DNA from: Paraphysomonas bandaiensis
Taxonomy: Eukaryota; Protista; Chrysophyceae
Length of the DNA stretch: 64,000 nt
NCBI GenBank assembly: GCA_965644295.1
Contig: CBFFRP010000219.1
Location: 1-64,000 of the forward strand
Direction of reading: 5' to 3'
Below the pieces are notes generated by a model. It was not told where the DNA came from and made no database searches. It saw only the letters and a program-made list of their open reading frames with translations. Numbering within the stretch: the stretch's first letter is position 1; each line of letters starts with the position of its first letter. The translations under genes were made by a program, and so were the position numbers. This document shows, piece by piece, positions 37,391 through 50,735 of the stretch.

Positions 37391-40247
37391 TTAGCGCCAC
37401 TCTGTACATGCGTAGTCCTCATTAATCTGAAAATGTGCACATAGTGCGATATGAGACGATGAAAAACTATCGTTAGGTAGCCAAGAATGAAATCTCTTTA
37501 GATTCTGAGCTGAGAATGGCACCCACTTTCCTCCCCATATACTCCTTGAATCAGTAGCTTCAGAAGCTAAAATTGCCGCAACTTTAGATTTCATTTGCTC
37601 TATACTTGCACGTGAGGCCAAAATTCCCGTCTTTCCTGGAAGAGGGAGTTCTTTGTGCCCTCTATCAAAAATATCTCGGAAACTCGGTGGGGGTACTCTC
37701 AAATACGGATCCGGGGTAGTCAGACTCTGGCTAGGGTCATCCCCGGATAATTTTGTCAACAGTGGAATAGAGAGAACTTTTGATGGCCGCAGAGATGCAC
37801 CGCTAAAAAATATATAATCCATACAACACACACCACGACTGCCTTTCGCATCCGGGTTGGACACAGTATACAATGGTTCACCCGCGAGTCCGTACGCCTC
37901 GTAAACACTTCGTAAATTTAAACTATGTATCTGGCGTCTATTGGGCTTGCCGACAGTTTCAATTACTTCTTTGAGATCTAGAATAACGTCATCATTCATA
38001 GTCCGGGCTCGAACTCCTCCAGCATTCAATAGCTTGCCATCGTCCCCCAGAATCGCACTTTTATTCGCCCCCAAATGGTGTGTTTTACTACTTTGCATTT
38101 CCCAGCTGCTCTCCTCGTTCATAGTGGTCAATGTTGCATCATTTAGATTTAAATCATTTAAAACATTATCGGCACTTGAAAAAGTGGTGCCTGCTAGATT
38201 AGTAGTGGACCCCTGAACTGTAGATTTGATTCCCGAAATGTCATCTGAGTAGGAATCAGTGTCAACCGCCGATGCGCCATCATCTCGACTCGCAGCACTT
38301 TCTTCACATTGAAATTTAAAGGTATCATCGTCATCATCCCAGGAAGGGTCATACTCTATAGAGTGATTATTGCTGCGACTCTGAGATTTACTCTCAGGCG
38401 ATGTTACAGATTTCGTAGGGTCTGCATGGGATTCATCAAACGACGTAGAAGCGTTCAACGTATTGCAATCAGGTTCGTCTTTTCTTCCTGCTTTATCCAG
38501 ATCATATACTGCTATTTTGTTGGACGCTGTGTCACTCACAGAAGCGGTGTATTCTCCGGTTTGTTCCATTATTACACTCTTCCTTAGTCTTTTTGTATTC
38601 CATATTTCCTCCTGAAGCTCCTGACTCATCTCCCCTTTTAGCCTGGGCCTCCAACCCTCCCTAGGGTTCGTGGACGCGGGCAGCACGCGAGCCTTGGAAA
38701 TTTGATAGTCAGGATGACCGTCCATGGTTCGTGGAGTAAGACACGTGAGAGGGTCGTTAATGTCTACTCGGGCAGCTTTCTGCAAAACACGTTAACGTAC
38801 ATAGCATTCCATATTGCATCATGCATATATCATTAAGTCGTATCACATTGATAGTACACATGCAAAGTACAAATAGAGATACATTTTACAGTTTCACAGC
38901 CTCTACCTGTACATTAAAATCAGAATGCTCCATCTCGGTGCACTCCCTTAGCTCCCTAACACCCGTCAAATCACGCAGCTTGTTGAGTGGGCCTTTCGAT
39001 GGCGCCTGTGGACACAGAATTAAAACACACTCAACACAAATTGATCACAGACGCTTAATTAACAGAAACTTTGAATTTCAATTATACTAAGCATAAACTA
39101 TAGAGGCACAAAAAACCGGACATACATTCGATGGGTTTTCGAGACAGATAGGAAACGAGGCTTCACTCCATTCGCCCTGCCCAACGGCGTTTACAGCTGC
39201 TACTCTGAATTCAAATGGCGTTTCAGCAGAGAGCCCGTGAATTAGAGCGCACCGAAGCTCCTGAGCAACTGTGGTACGTATACCCGCAGCATTTATGGTG
39301 GTTGTGTACCGTATGCTATCACCAGAATCAACCTTTTTGGAAAGGCAAAATCCCATATCCAGGTTTCCACCGGGGCGCCAGGATATAACGTACTGTAACA
39401 CAGGAGGATCTGCTTCCGTAACCGCTGCAGCTTCCCAGTAAACTTCCACTGATGCACGACTGAAGGGTTTCACCGTCGGTCGAGGGCACCTTTGTGGTAC
39501 ATGTGGCATTAGCTGTTTGCGGCCAGCCCGAAGAACATGATACGCGGCTGAATCTGGTTCATCGTGCATAGAAATACCAATTAAAACAGGCAAATGAAAA
39601 TTGCGATTTTCATATTCAATACATTTGGACAGATAGATAGCTTGGAGACAGCGAATGTCAAGGCCACCAGGAGTGTATTCGCCATCATAAAACATGGCAC
39701 AACAAACACAAATGGCCGAGTTGAGAAAATTCGGAATCCACGGCTGGAGAAATGCTATTATTCCAACATCATCAGTGATACATGATCTCCGCACATTTGC
39801 ACTTTCATGCTCCCCAGCTCGGTTAAATTCAACATTTATGGTTTTAAATAGCTGAAACAGCTCGCGCCGGTATGCAATGACGACACCTTCCGCATGGTCA
39901 TAAGTGGCGGAAGTGCGCTGTTTCCAGAGCGAATCATAACCAAGAAACATAAGCTGTGGTTGCCACCAGTCATTATAGTGATCGACATCCTGTAAGCATA
40001 TGATATCCGCGTCATAACTCTTGATTTCTTCTAACAAAGTCGTTTTGCGTGTGGTCCAAGTCTTAGTGGACGAGTAACGGATAGTGGTACATTTCCTATC
40101 TGCATAAATATGATACGATAACACCTTAAACCCCCCTGCTTCCTTTAACTTATGCGTATCGACCTCTACTGCCCCCCAATCAAGCCAACATCTGCCCTCC
40201 CAGTTAGAGGTGAACCGGTCCTCAGATAGGGGCCTCCTGAAACTCAT
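37391..40247 (-). CDS. CCR4/nocturnin-like EEP-fold protein with inserted fibronectin type III domain; catalytic motifs degenerate
   Basis: EEP motifs FKVLSYHIYA, LLEEIKSYDADIICLQDVD, EGVVIAYR, MDYIFFS and LPNDSFSSSHIAL. The FN3 segment PQRCPRPTV...VEVYWE...LSAETPFEFRVAAVNAVGQGEWSEAS lies between the N- and C-terminal EEP halves. Introns fall between 38.79 and 39.12 kb. Confidence 0.8.
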
Positions 40248-41256
40248 CGCAGCCGTGCCTTTGGTTCAAGGTTACAGACGCGTCCACCTATCCATTCTAT
40301 TGGCTTATAGTGCCCGTGTGACAGGACGGAGGTGTGATGCTGCTCCATATGTCTGTATATGTATATATATGATGGCAGAGTGCAGGCCGTACACGGTATA
40401 CTATGGCAGTGCAGTATAACAGCCAGCAGGTAACGGTGACTCTCATACCTACAGCAGAGCACTGTATATACTGTTTACTACAGCGAAATCCCTTGTTTTT
40501 ATGAACAAAAATAAAGATCTCATCTGAAAAAGCCCCTTTTTTAGGGTTCCCCAACAGATCACATCATCTTCAATGTCCAGCATGGACGCTAGTGACAATA
40601 GCACGCTATGAAGGCATCTTTATATTATCTCGCAAAGAATACAAGGCTCCAAACATCAAGCTATAAACACTTGAGATTAGTGATCGAATTCTTACAACGA
40701 TTCATCGGCACGTCTATGAAATTTTCTAATACCAGTGTCTGATCTTGAACTTCAATATTGTTGGTTAGTTTAGTCTTTTCTCTACCGTAATATTCTAGAC
40801 ACTAGACAGTGTGAGTACACGTTTGTACTAGCTTCTATTATTGTATTATTAACTTTATAGTCCTACTGCTCGTTTTACTCATTGTAATATATATACACTC
40901 CGATGGATATTAGTGAGCACTGGAGCAATGCGTTAATACCTTACTTTACTACTAACACTACAGCAAAAACACTGTTTTGTCTGTTATGGGAAGTATATGC
41001 ACTCAAAATCATATTTCCAGTGATTACTAGCGCCCCATTGCAGTTACTGCAAGTGGAACATAAACGTCGTAGACATGAAATACGAAGTATGATAACTTTC
41101 TTTTATATTAAATGAAGAATATAGAAATAATTTGGACTATACAAACTTCAATACTGGATATAAATACTCATGACACATATATGCAACGTATTCACAGTAG
41201 TCAGTACAAACAATTGCAGCAAAAAGCTAGATCAGTACCTGGCAACTATAATATAA

Positions 41257-42182
41257 CTACTCATTGAGGTCTTTTATACTGATATACGGTTCACCAGGAC
41301 AGTCACTATGCACGTCATGGGAGGCTTCGACTTCTTCTGTTTTCGATCGCTTAATGATATCCGCACACCCAATCTCTGGGTCCTTCTCATTTTCTGTAAG
41401 ACCGAGTAAATCATCCAAATATGGAATTCTTTTAGGGGGTTTGGTTATATGTAGTGACTCTGCTTGGTGAGCGATATAAAATTTTCCAATCGACACAATA
41501 GCTAATAGGAACAGCCCAAATACATCGCTGCGGTGGTAGTAGTCTTGCCTCACATATATTCGCGGCATGCCCCCCATATCCGGCACGAACACGATATCCA
41601 GCATAGCTGCCATTGCAAGTACAGTGTATCCGCAGAGTTCAATAAGACATTCCACTATGTGATTCTCAGTGAAGTATGACATATCCAAAAGTCCCATACC
41701 AATGAATTCAATCACCTCAGTCGCGATCTGCTGTTTGTTATACAATAGCCAGGGATCGTGAGTGTCTAACAGTACCCAAGCGCACACATTCACAAACGGA
41801 GCGAAAGTGAGCATCGCCATACCGAGATGCTCCATTGCAGGGAGAGATTCGAATGCAGCGGTGTTAATTATCAACAACAACAGTCCTCCCACAGCTAGAC
41901 TCAATCCAACCAACCAAAAGAATATACTCCGAATATTACCGGGAAAGTACGAACCTAGTGGGTCGTCCCAATCATCAAATCCTTCAAACGTTGTGCACCC
42001 AGCAATGATGCCAAGGCCAACACCATCAATCAGCATCTACGACACAATGAAACAAAAAACAAAGTTGGGTACACATATACCAGTAATTTAAAAAGATACG
42101 AGCTGTACATAGCTGGCCGCTTATCAGAAAGTGCAACGGCTAGGCGGTCCACCACCTCTTTCATGTATGGCATTCCAATCAT
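41257..42182 (-). CDS. Uncharacterised multi-pass membrane protein
   Basis: A 259-aa exon with about 6 hydrophobic segments, plus a short upstream exon joined by a GT-AG intron near 42037-42080. Family not recognised. Confidence 0.7.
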
Positions 42183-42780
42183 TTTGATAGAGAGGAATGG
42201 ACCAAAGTTAGATAATAGTGAAGCAGCAGTACTGCCGGTAAACACCCTGTCAGTGTTATTCAACACATATATGACTTCATCATTGCGAAGGAGGCTTCAT
42301 ATATACTATCAAAGCCACCGTCAGCAGAGTCTTATCTCCACTGCAGACAGGAGCGGTTGCGATACATACATATGGTTCACAGCATCCAGCACTACCATGA
42401 ATACCGGAATACCGTCGATAAATACACTGGCCGACATTGTCCATGACAGCACTGAATGTGTGGTGAAAAACAATGGGTTTTTAGGACAATGGAGTTAGAA
42501 AATCCTCTTGCGGCTATAAAAGTGTCAACATTTTTGACATAATTCTTGTAGGAGAAGATGAGCATATCCATGTACCGTAGGCCCGGTACAGGACTCTGCT
42601 GCTGTAAGTGTACACCTACATACAGACTCCTGCTTTCACATTCCAGTTCAATGAAAAACACAACATCGGTCTAAGAGCATCACATACCCACTCCCAGCAA
42701 TCGTCATAGCCTGTCATGCAGTCATCTGTATCTAGCATCTCCTGAATGTTTTAGCCGATTAGGTATTTATTATTATAAGG

Positions 42781-44195
42781 ATGGCAGAGTTCACGATATT
42801 ATGGGTGTACTTCGCCGTAAGTCTAGTTGCAACGATTGTATTATTTGTCCTGCAGTGGACACTTAAAGGCAGGCTCCCAAAGATGAACCTTATGGACGCT
42901 AGAAGGTTAGAGGATATTTTGGTGTTTATTCAGGTCGCGGCGTATACCTCTCGTTGGTATGTCCAGTATATCTGTACAATCCTATCATCACACCTTGTAA
43001 TTCCAATAGGTATTGCATAAGTGTATGTTTTACTATTTTCAATAAGGTATGTGAGTCAGTAATGTATTGTTTAATGCGCTAACTTCTGTTCCACTAGTGG
43101 TTTCTCAATGAGTACAACGGTGAGCACGCATATTTTGCGATTACATAACTGTATTTCATCAAACTATAGGTGGATTCAAATTCCCTATAATATACACATC
43201 CATCCATATGTGCATGCAGTTCTGTATTACTCGGGTGTGGACTTGTGTAGACTCAAGTGCGAATGTCGAATCCATGTCATGGCGGCAGTATATGACTGTC
43301 GCGGCTCCCATAGGCATTTCAACTGCACTTGACGTTATGCTCTCCAACTTCTCGCTGCTGTATATCACTCTTACGCTTTATACGATCATTAAAGGTACCG
43401 TTCTTATATGGGTTTTCCTTTGGGGCGTGCTATTTAATATAGAGAAATTTAAGGCCTCGACTTTTTGTGCTGTACTAGGCATAGTAGGAGGCATTGGACT
43501 AGCTGTGGCTGCAAGTACTGATGTATCAATAGTTGGTGTACTCATGGTTCTTGGTGCGGCAGCAGCAGGTGGAGTGCGTTGGGCACTTGTACAGAAGCTG
43601 ATGGCAGTTGATGATCACTCTCGGGACGTGTTTGTGTCTATCCATCGGTTTTCTCCTGCAAGCGCACTGACAATAACACCCATCGCCATTATCACTGAGC
43701 TTGTCCCATTTTTTCAATCAGAATTTTATGCCTCTTCTTCACCTGCGGGATTAACTGCTACAATGACTCTAATTTCTGTTGGAGGAGGAATAGCCTTTCT
43801 CCTCATTACAACAGAGGTTCACCTTGTCAACCTCACCTCATCACTCACAATGGGGGTGCTAGGACAGGTCAAGGAACTGCTACAGATTCTTCTTAGCATG
43901 ATGATATTTCGTGATCATGTGAATGCTCTAAATGCTACAGGGATAGTTATTGCAATGATTGCTGTTGCGATATATAAGCGAATTAAGTATGCTGAAAAAG
44001 ATAGCCTATCCGCACCTGAGTATTCTGCATTAAGCCAGGTATGTATACACTTTTTCTTCCCTCGTTTTTTAAAGTTTTTTTTTTAAAAATCTATAGGTGG
44101 AATTGGAATTAAAAGCATTTGACGATACACTAGATGATTCATTAGATGTTATTACAGATGGATGCTTTGATATGGACGACGATATCAGAATATAG
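42781..44195 (+). CDS. Nucleotide-sugar/triose-phosphate transporter family protein (SLC35C2-like)
   Basis: FNKW...GGFKFP, PIGISTALDVMLSNFSLLYITLTLYTIIK, GGVRWALVQKL and TSSLTMGVLGQVKE are characteristic of SLC35C2-type TPT proteins. Multi-exon. Confidence 0.85.
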
Positions 44196-44765
44196 CTGTT
44201 TTATTACTTGGTGTAGGAGTAAGTGTATACCTCAGTAATATACATTTAATAGAAGAACCGATTTAGTATTAGGCGTCATTTATTCTATACAAATTCACTG
44301 CATGCTTCCAAATATTAGAAATGTATCTATTCTTTTTTATCGTTCATTGCAACTTACTTAAAAGTTATGCTGCTAGATATTGACGACCTTACATTAAATA
44401 TATCAGTTATCAAATATATTTCATAGCTTTAATTCAAATAATACGATAATACTGTTTACTACTATAATTCAGAAACCTTTAACTTAGTTGCTTAGCTCTT
44501 AGCAAAACTCAACAGCTGCACTAAAGCGAGTGATGCACCCTTGGTCGCGCTACTGTTTCTGTTCGGGGAATAAATGTGCAAAAAACTTCTGATCATAATT
44601 TGTACATTTGTACGCATCAATACGGATCAACGCAAAGAAAGTAAAAAATAAGACTTAATTCACACTCAATGCTTGAATTATAAAATATGATCAATCTCAG
44701 TTATCGTCTGAAAGTCTAATTATTAGCAATGAGCGTCAAGAATCTGCACTAGATAGGTAGCTAGA

Positions 44766-45113
44766 CCCTCAACAAAGTCGGACTCGCGCCTTTTCGTGAT
44801 GTTCTGGGGGATAAGTACCGGAGAGATTCTCTCTGGGAAACTAACGTGAGCTGCAAACATAGTTAGCAGATATTCTTCTGCCCACTCATAGCCGAATGCT
44901 TGTGTGGTACAAGGGACACCAATACGTGTCACTTGTGTAGACGTCTTTGGGCCCTGACGAATAAACAGGCATCCGGGACTGGGCCCACCTGAAGGGTAAC
45001 CGGGGTATTGGGCTGCCTGCTGAAGTCAAGCATCCGGGACGTTCACCTTAAGAACTCAGAGCAGAAGTGGTCGTACCTTGTTGCTTGCGGCGACGCACAA
45101 ACAGCTTCCGTAA
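44766..45113 (-). repeat. Dispersed element, copy 4 (internal deletion, one end missing)
   Basis: ccctcaacaaagtcggactcgc...aatgcttgtgtggtacaagggacac...tgtgtagacgtcttt...gacgcacaaacagcttccgtaa is colinear with the 22-kb and 55-kb copies. Confidence 0.9.
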
Positions 45114-45701
45114 ATGTTCTTACAAAAGTATGTGCAATACTGGATACTGATCTCGTGTAAATAACCGAAGTAACATCTTTTTCACCACATATAGTTTGTT
45201 CGAATTGGACATTTCACTGAAGTTAACTTTGCTCTACACGTAAACCTTAACCTTGCTCTGTTGAACACAACGCACTTTCAAGTAAGAAATTATGATTATT
45301 ATTCTGAACACTTCACTACATATTCGTGTAACATATGTTGAAACATCTGTTCTTAGCAACATCTGTTTATCATATGTTCATCAGTCACTTCTATATCTTG
45401 TACAGTCACACATCAGTAACTGAATTTAATTCCTTTGTAACTATAATCACCCGTTACACCTATGAGTTGACTTTACCTATTGCACACTGTTAACTCACTT
45501 CAATTGCACAATATATATCACATCATATTGCAGAACTCAACATAGTTGACGGAGTAGACGACTACACCAAACATTATATGCTGTTGCTAAGAATGGTAGA
45601 AACGCTTAATTTATTTAAAATACACAGCACAGTAGAACTGATATACACATACCGCATAATAAATACAGCTACAAGCGAGAACACAACAGACATCCAGCCA
45701 A

Positions 45702-46946
45702 TTACTTATTACTAATTTGCGATAAACTTGTGAATGAAGTAAGAGATATATCGTCATCCTCTCTAGACGCCCGGGAGGGAGACTGCTTCGCGTGAGACCC
45801 AAGCGGAGCCAAAGACGCCAATTGTTTCCCTCTCTGGGGGCTCCAGTTATTTATTGAGTGCATTCGCCGCGACTCAGAGCTGTCTAAATATACTACCTCC
45901 TCTTCATCATCACTCGCATACGAATATCCACCACCAGCATATGACGATCCTTCATCACTGTACTGACTGTCCTCCTCATCTTCGTCGCCGACATAAGTGA
46001 ACTTTCCAGAATAGGGGTCTATGCTGGTCTGCAAAGAGCGCCGGGTGGAGTACAGTCCTTTGTGGAGATCACTGCCCTGTGTATTACTTCCCTCACGCCT
46101 AGAGCGCCGCTTTGATTGCATTAAATACACAAAGGCGAAAGAAGGCACGCATCGTGGTACGAAATCTGAAGCGCAAAACCAAAGAAAACCGAACAGGGGT
46201 GCAGTGGGGGAGGATACTGTGCGCTCAGAATGGAGCGCAACAGTCTTCAGAATTAGCATACATACACGCACCATGAAACAGATTGTAACAGTAACCAGGA
46301 CTCCAGTAAGGCGACTCAGCGCTGTACTAAACACAGACGATTGGTTTCCGTCAGAAGCCCGGTCAGCAAAAAGGCGCTGGTTCAGTTCGATTGAACTGTA
46401 TCGGTAGAACTTCACGATCAGTTTTACTCCATAAAAGGCTAGAAATCCAGAGTACATCAAATTCTTGATAGTATCAATAAAAGTATATGCTTCGAAAAAA
46501 GACGATTTAAAGAAGTCGTGGAGAGATGAAGACAACCCACACATAATAATGGCGACCAGGTCCGACAAACCAAAAACGACATTAGCTGTGAGGAGGCCGC
46601 CCATGCTGTACACAATACTGATATATACTCCCAGTTTTAACAGTCCGCTCCATTGAACACACACAACTGAAAATGCACCGAAAAAGAACATAGAAGAGAC
46701 GATGTGTACGATATAAAGACTGCGAGACGCGTATTCCATCTTGACCGCTATAACAAGAAACCTCGGCACCTCGAACACACACATGAGCAGCATCAGGATA
46801 AAGAATATCTTTGTCCACTCGTTCTTTGGAGACTTCCGTAAGGCGACACCGATATAAGCCGCCAGCAGCAGGTAGAGAAATGTACCAAACAAACCAGTCA
46901 CAAGAAACTCATCTTGAGATGGTTTGTACTCCGTTTCCTCGCCCAT
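45702..46946 (-). CDS. Seven-transmembrane protein (TOM1/THH1/GPR137-like) with Ser/acidic cytoplasmic tail
   Basis: Single exon with seven hydrophobic segments, FFFGAFSVVCVQW, GFLAFYGVKL and TICFMVR, followed by an S/D/E-rich tail. The family assignment rests on motif resemblance only. Confidence 0.65.
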   Translation of the reverse strand: MGEETEYKPSQDEFLVTGLFGTFLYLLLAAYIGVALRKSPKNEWTKIFFILMLLMCVFEVPRFLVIAVKMEYASRSLYIVHIVSSMFFFGAFSVVCVQWSGLLKLGVYISIVYSMGGLLTANVVFGLSDLVAIIMCGLSSSLHDFFKSSFFEAYTFIDTIKNLMYSGFLAFYGVKLIVKFYRYSSIELNQRLFADRASDGNQSSVFSTALSRLTGVLVTVTICFMVRVCMLILKTVALHSERTVSSPTAPLFGFLWFCASDFVPRCVPSFAFVYLMQSKRRSRREGSNTQGSDLHKGLYSTRRSLQTSIDPYSGKFTYVGDEDEEDSQYSDEGSSYAGGGYSYASDDEEEVVYLDSSESRRMHSINNWSPQRGKQLASLAPLGSHAKQSPSRASREDDDISLTSFTSLSQISNK

Positions 46947-47383
46947 CACTTTCTTCAGTAGGTTGAATTGGATCTCAGCTAATGAATAAGTTGACTAATA
47001 CTTTCCCGTGAGTCCTAACAGAGGCTTATATTAGACTAATAACAACTACGACGTAGCTAGATTACCACAACAACTATAGAAACACCTTCCATAAAACTAC
47101 GCAGATTCAAACACATACCTACAGCAGTACCTACCTACATCTATATATACAATACCTGCACACATATATATGAATACCAACCTACTGTACCTACCCACTG
47201 TACCTACCTACCTACTTACTACAGTACAGCCCTGTATTAATAAAATACAGAATAATACAGAAGTGGCCGTTGAAGGGCTGCTCAGTTATTCACTCCCTGA
47301 ACCACTACACATTAGAGTGACATATTACCAATAGTCCAGCCTCCCCTTCAGAAAATCGTCTTCATACGGTCACTATCTACACA

Positions 47384-48236
47384 ATGGCATCATTTCTTAG
47401 TCCCACTCATAACGAAAACCCTGCTAGCACAATGTACCAGACACCAGGGAATGAAAATTCCACTGATAATGCTCGTACGCTTTTCTCCAGCCCGAACACC
47501 AAAGAATCATCTTCGGAAACTGAAGTGACTGATGCTGAGCGTGAAAGGAAGGATGCCGAACAAGTTCAAAGGGAGATTGAAGAAAGTGAACGTCTTGCGT
47601 TTCAACTAATGGAAGAAGAGAGCATGAGGGCATATCAGATGCAGGTCGAGTATATGACAGCCAATCCTGATTTGTTTAGTCAAGAAGAGATGCAAGCCTT
47701 AAATTTAGTATTAAGTGAACAAGGAAACAATGATCAAGATGAAGAAGAGGTTGATGAAGATTTAAATTCAAGCGATGCTAGCAACTGGACGTACGAACAG
47801 CTACTGGAGATTGGTCAGGCTGTGGGAGGTTCGTGGTATATTGCAGTATAATAGTCTACCTCAAATAAACACAGACGTTAAAACCGAAAGATGGCGACTG
47901 AGATCACAACAAGTCATAGATTCTATTCCTGCAGTACAATACGATGATATCACTAAGGTGTTTTTCGTATTCTTCATAGCTAAACTGATAACAGCATCTG
48001 CAGAACTCTGAGCAGTATAGATCCTTGGATTTGTCATGTCCAGTATGCATGGATGATTACGCAAGTGATGACAAAATTAATGTTTTACCATGCGGGCATT
48101 ACTTTCATGGAGCATGCTGTGAGGGGTGGCTTCAAGTAAGTGAGCGATTGTACTGCCGACTCTATAATAAAAATCTCTGTTACAGGACAACAATAGCTGC
48201 CCTATGTGCAAGAAAAAGATAACACAATCGCCTTAG
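47384..48236 (+). CDS. RING-H2 E3 ubiquitin ligase
   Basis: WTYEQLLEIGQAVG precedes CPVCMDDY...LPCGHYFHGACCEGWL-DNNSCPMCKK across short introns. Confidence 0.9.
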
Positions 48237-48927
48237 TATTTTTTCGTGCTGTTGCTTTTACACATATGTATAATGGTTGCGCCTGTTTTGTGCATGAGGT
48301 AAAACATATATCCTTAGCAGTGGTGAGCTGCTACCACTCTTCAACGTAATATATAGCAAATACATTTTCGACACTAGAGGTAAACCAAAAACTGAGAATT
48401 TTGATATCATGGTTTTTAAAGAAGCACGTAATTAGAATTTAGTCGTGCATTACACACAAAGTTAATATACTTTGAACTACCAAGGCTGTGCATCAGTTGA
48501 TTTTCACTTAATTGGCATTTATTGAACGTGGGATAACCAATCATAATTATAGCAGTTATTTTAAATATTGAAAATACAATCAATTCTGTCATCATTAACT
48601 AATTGGAGATACTAATAGTATCAAATTATTATTAAATTATCAGTATCTAAGTTGTGAACTTCTATTGAATGTAACCCCGCTTAAGGTGTATGCAAAAACT
48701 TAGCTTCCTCGAAACGAGGACAACGTCTATCATTTATGTGACTAACAATGAATATACATGTTATTATCATTCAAATAGTAATAAAAGTGTAAACCTGAGC
48801 TGTTTAACAGTAAACTACATTCGTAAATATTTACTTTTATACATACAAACGAAGCTGATACAAATGTAATCCCACAGCCTTTCCCAGCGACACCAAATTA
48901 CTGGATAAACGATATTGCTGCAGGGTA

Positions 48928-49842
48928 TCAATCGCTTCTATTTTCTAGCATAAGGAGAAGGTCTGATATATGTTGTTCTTTGGCTTGAAGTTCGGTTCGA
49001 AGTTTTGCAATTATTTCGTCTTTCTTTTTTAATTCCAGGATGTGCTGCTCACGCAGTGAATCTAGGTTTTCCTCTTCTTCCTCCTCAGCGGTAGATTGCC
49101 CAGTGACTTCCATTTCTTCAGACTCTGGAGCATTATCTGCCTCATTATCTTTCGTATCTGTTACTTCGTCTTCCATATCAAAGGTTGCGAAATCAGCGGA
49201 GTTATTTTCCGCACTTTCATGGGAAGTTTCTGTATCAACACTGAATTCCTCAGAGGTAGTCTCCCGCTGTGAAAGTTGGGTATGGCTTAACTCTTCGTAC
49301 TGATTGTGGAGTTCCTTTGCTCTTTGCAAGAGTTCTTCAATTTTTTTGTTAAGATTTTTGCGCTGGGATCTCGCTTCTGCCTTTCCACTGTGCAAGTCAC
49401 ACGTCTGAACTGCATCCAGACCCATGAATTGAAGCTTATCGATGTCACCAATAATTTGAGCTAAAGTATTCTTAGATTTGAATACTTCCTCCAAATCAGC
49501 GGTGTCTGTTGCCTTCTCTATGTCATCCACTCGACCTGCAAGGTTGTTATACTGAGACTCCAACTTGTACAGTGTTGTCAGGGCTTTAGCGGACTCAACG
49601 GAGTACTGCTTTGGTGTAGCCTGTAGAGGCCTCCCTTCAGCTCTATCATAAACCGGTGATGTGCGCGTTCTAATAGGAGAGTGTTCTAGCCCAACTGACT
49701 TAACGTGAGATGGACGATCCGCATAGCTGTGATTACTATGACTAGCATCCTTACGCCATCGACGCGTATCTGCCGCAGACTCATTCGCCACAGGCTCACC
49801 CTTACCTTTTCCGTTGTTAATCTTAATCTGAATTCGACCCAT
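48928..49842 (-). CDS. BAG-domain co-chaperone-like protein with acidic linker and coiled coil
   Basis: KLQFMGLDAVQT...EARSQRKNLNKKIEEL matches the BAG LD.v...R..RK pattern. Single exon. Confidence 0.7.
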   Translation of the reverse strand: MGRIQIKINNGKGKGEPVANESAADTRRWRKDASHSNHSYADRPSHVKSVGLEHSPIRTRTSPVYDRAEGRPLQATPKQYSVESAKALTTLYKLESQYNNLAGRVDDIEKATDTADLEEVFKSKNTLAQIIGDIDKLQFMGLDAVQTCDLHSGKAEARSQRKNLNKKIEELLQRAKELHNQYEELSHTQLSQRETTSEEFSVDTETSHESAENNSADFATFDMEDEVTDTKDNEADNAPESEEMEVTGQSTAEEEEEENLDSLREQHILELKKKDEIIAKLRTELQAKEQHISDLLLMLENRSD

Positions 49843-50010
49843 TGTCTGTAGTTGTAATAGTGATATTCGCTTCTTATAAATTGTGACAAGACTGAAGACT
49901 TGTACGAAATATTCTTACTTCCAAATTCAACCTCAAGCAATTCCAGAGTTCTTACTTCTTCAATTTTCCAGAAAACAAGCCAAAATGATCAGGCTGCTGG
50001 TGGTGATGTC

Positions 50011-50589
50011 TATGTATGTATGTATGTATGTATGTATGTATGTATGTATGTATGTATGTATGTATGTATGTATGTATGTATGTATGTATGTATGTATGTA
50101 TGTATGTATGTATGTATGTATGTATGTATGTATGTATGTATGTATGTATGTATGTATGTATGTATGTATGTATGTATGTATGTATGTATGTATGTATGTA
50201 TGTATGTATGTATGTATGTATGTATGTATGTATGTATGTATGTATGTATGTATGTATGTATGTATGTATGTATGTATGTATGTATGTATGTATGTATGTA
50301 TGTATGTATGTATGTATGTATGTATGTATGTATGTATGTATGTATGTATGTATGTATGTATGTATGTATGTATGTATGTATGTATGTATGTATGTATGTA
50401 TGTATGTATGTATGTATGTATGTATGTATGTATGTATGTATGTATGTATGTATGTATGTATGTATGTATGTATGTATGTATGTATGTATGTATGTATGTA
50501 TGTATGTATGTATGTATGTATGTATGTATGTATGTATGTATGTATGTATGTATGTATGTATGTATGTATGTATGTATGTATGTATGTAT
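50011..50589. repeat. (TATG)n microsatellite, about 145 uninterrupted units
   Basis: Pure tetranucleotide tract between two divergent start codons (49842 and 50736). Confidence 0.98.
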
Positions 50590-50735
50590 CCATTGGCGAA
50601 GATGTGTGGTACACTGTATACTGTGTATATGGTGGTGAGGTAGAGTATGAGTGTTTGCAAGTATGATTAGAGCGCATTTATCCATAAGATTTACAACACT
50701 CCTCTCTGGATTGGAGTGCCAATAAATCAACAAGT

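Noticed and set aside
49883-50733. Six overlapping MYVC/HTYI ORFs
   Set aside because: Artefacts of the stop-free (TATG)n microsatellite.
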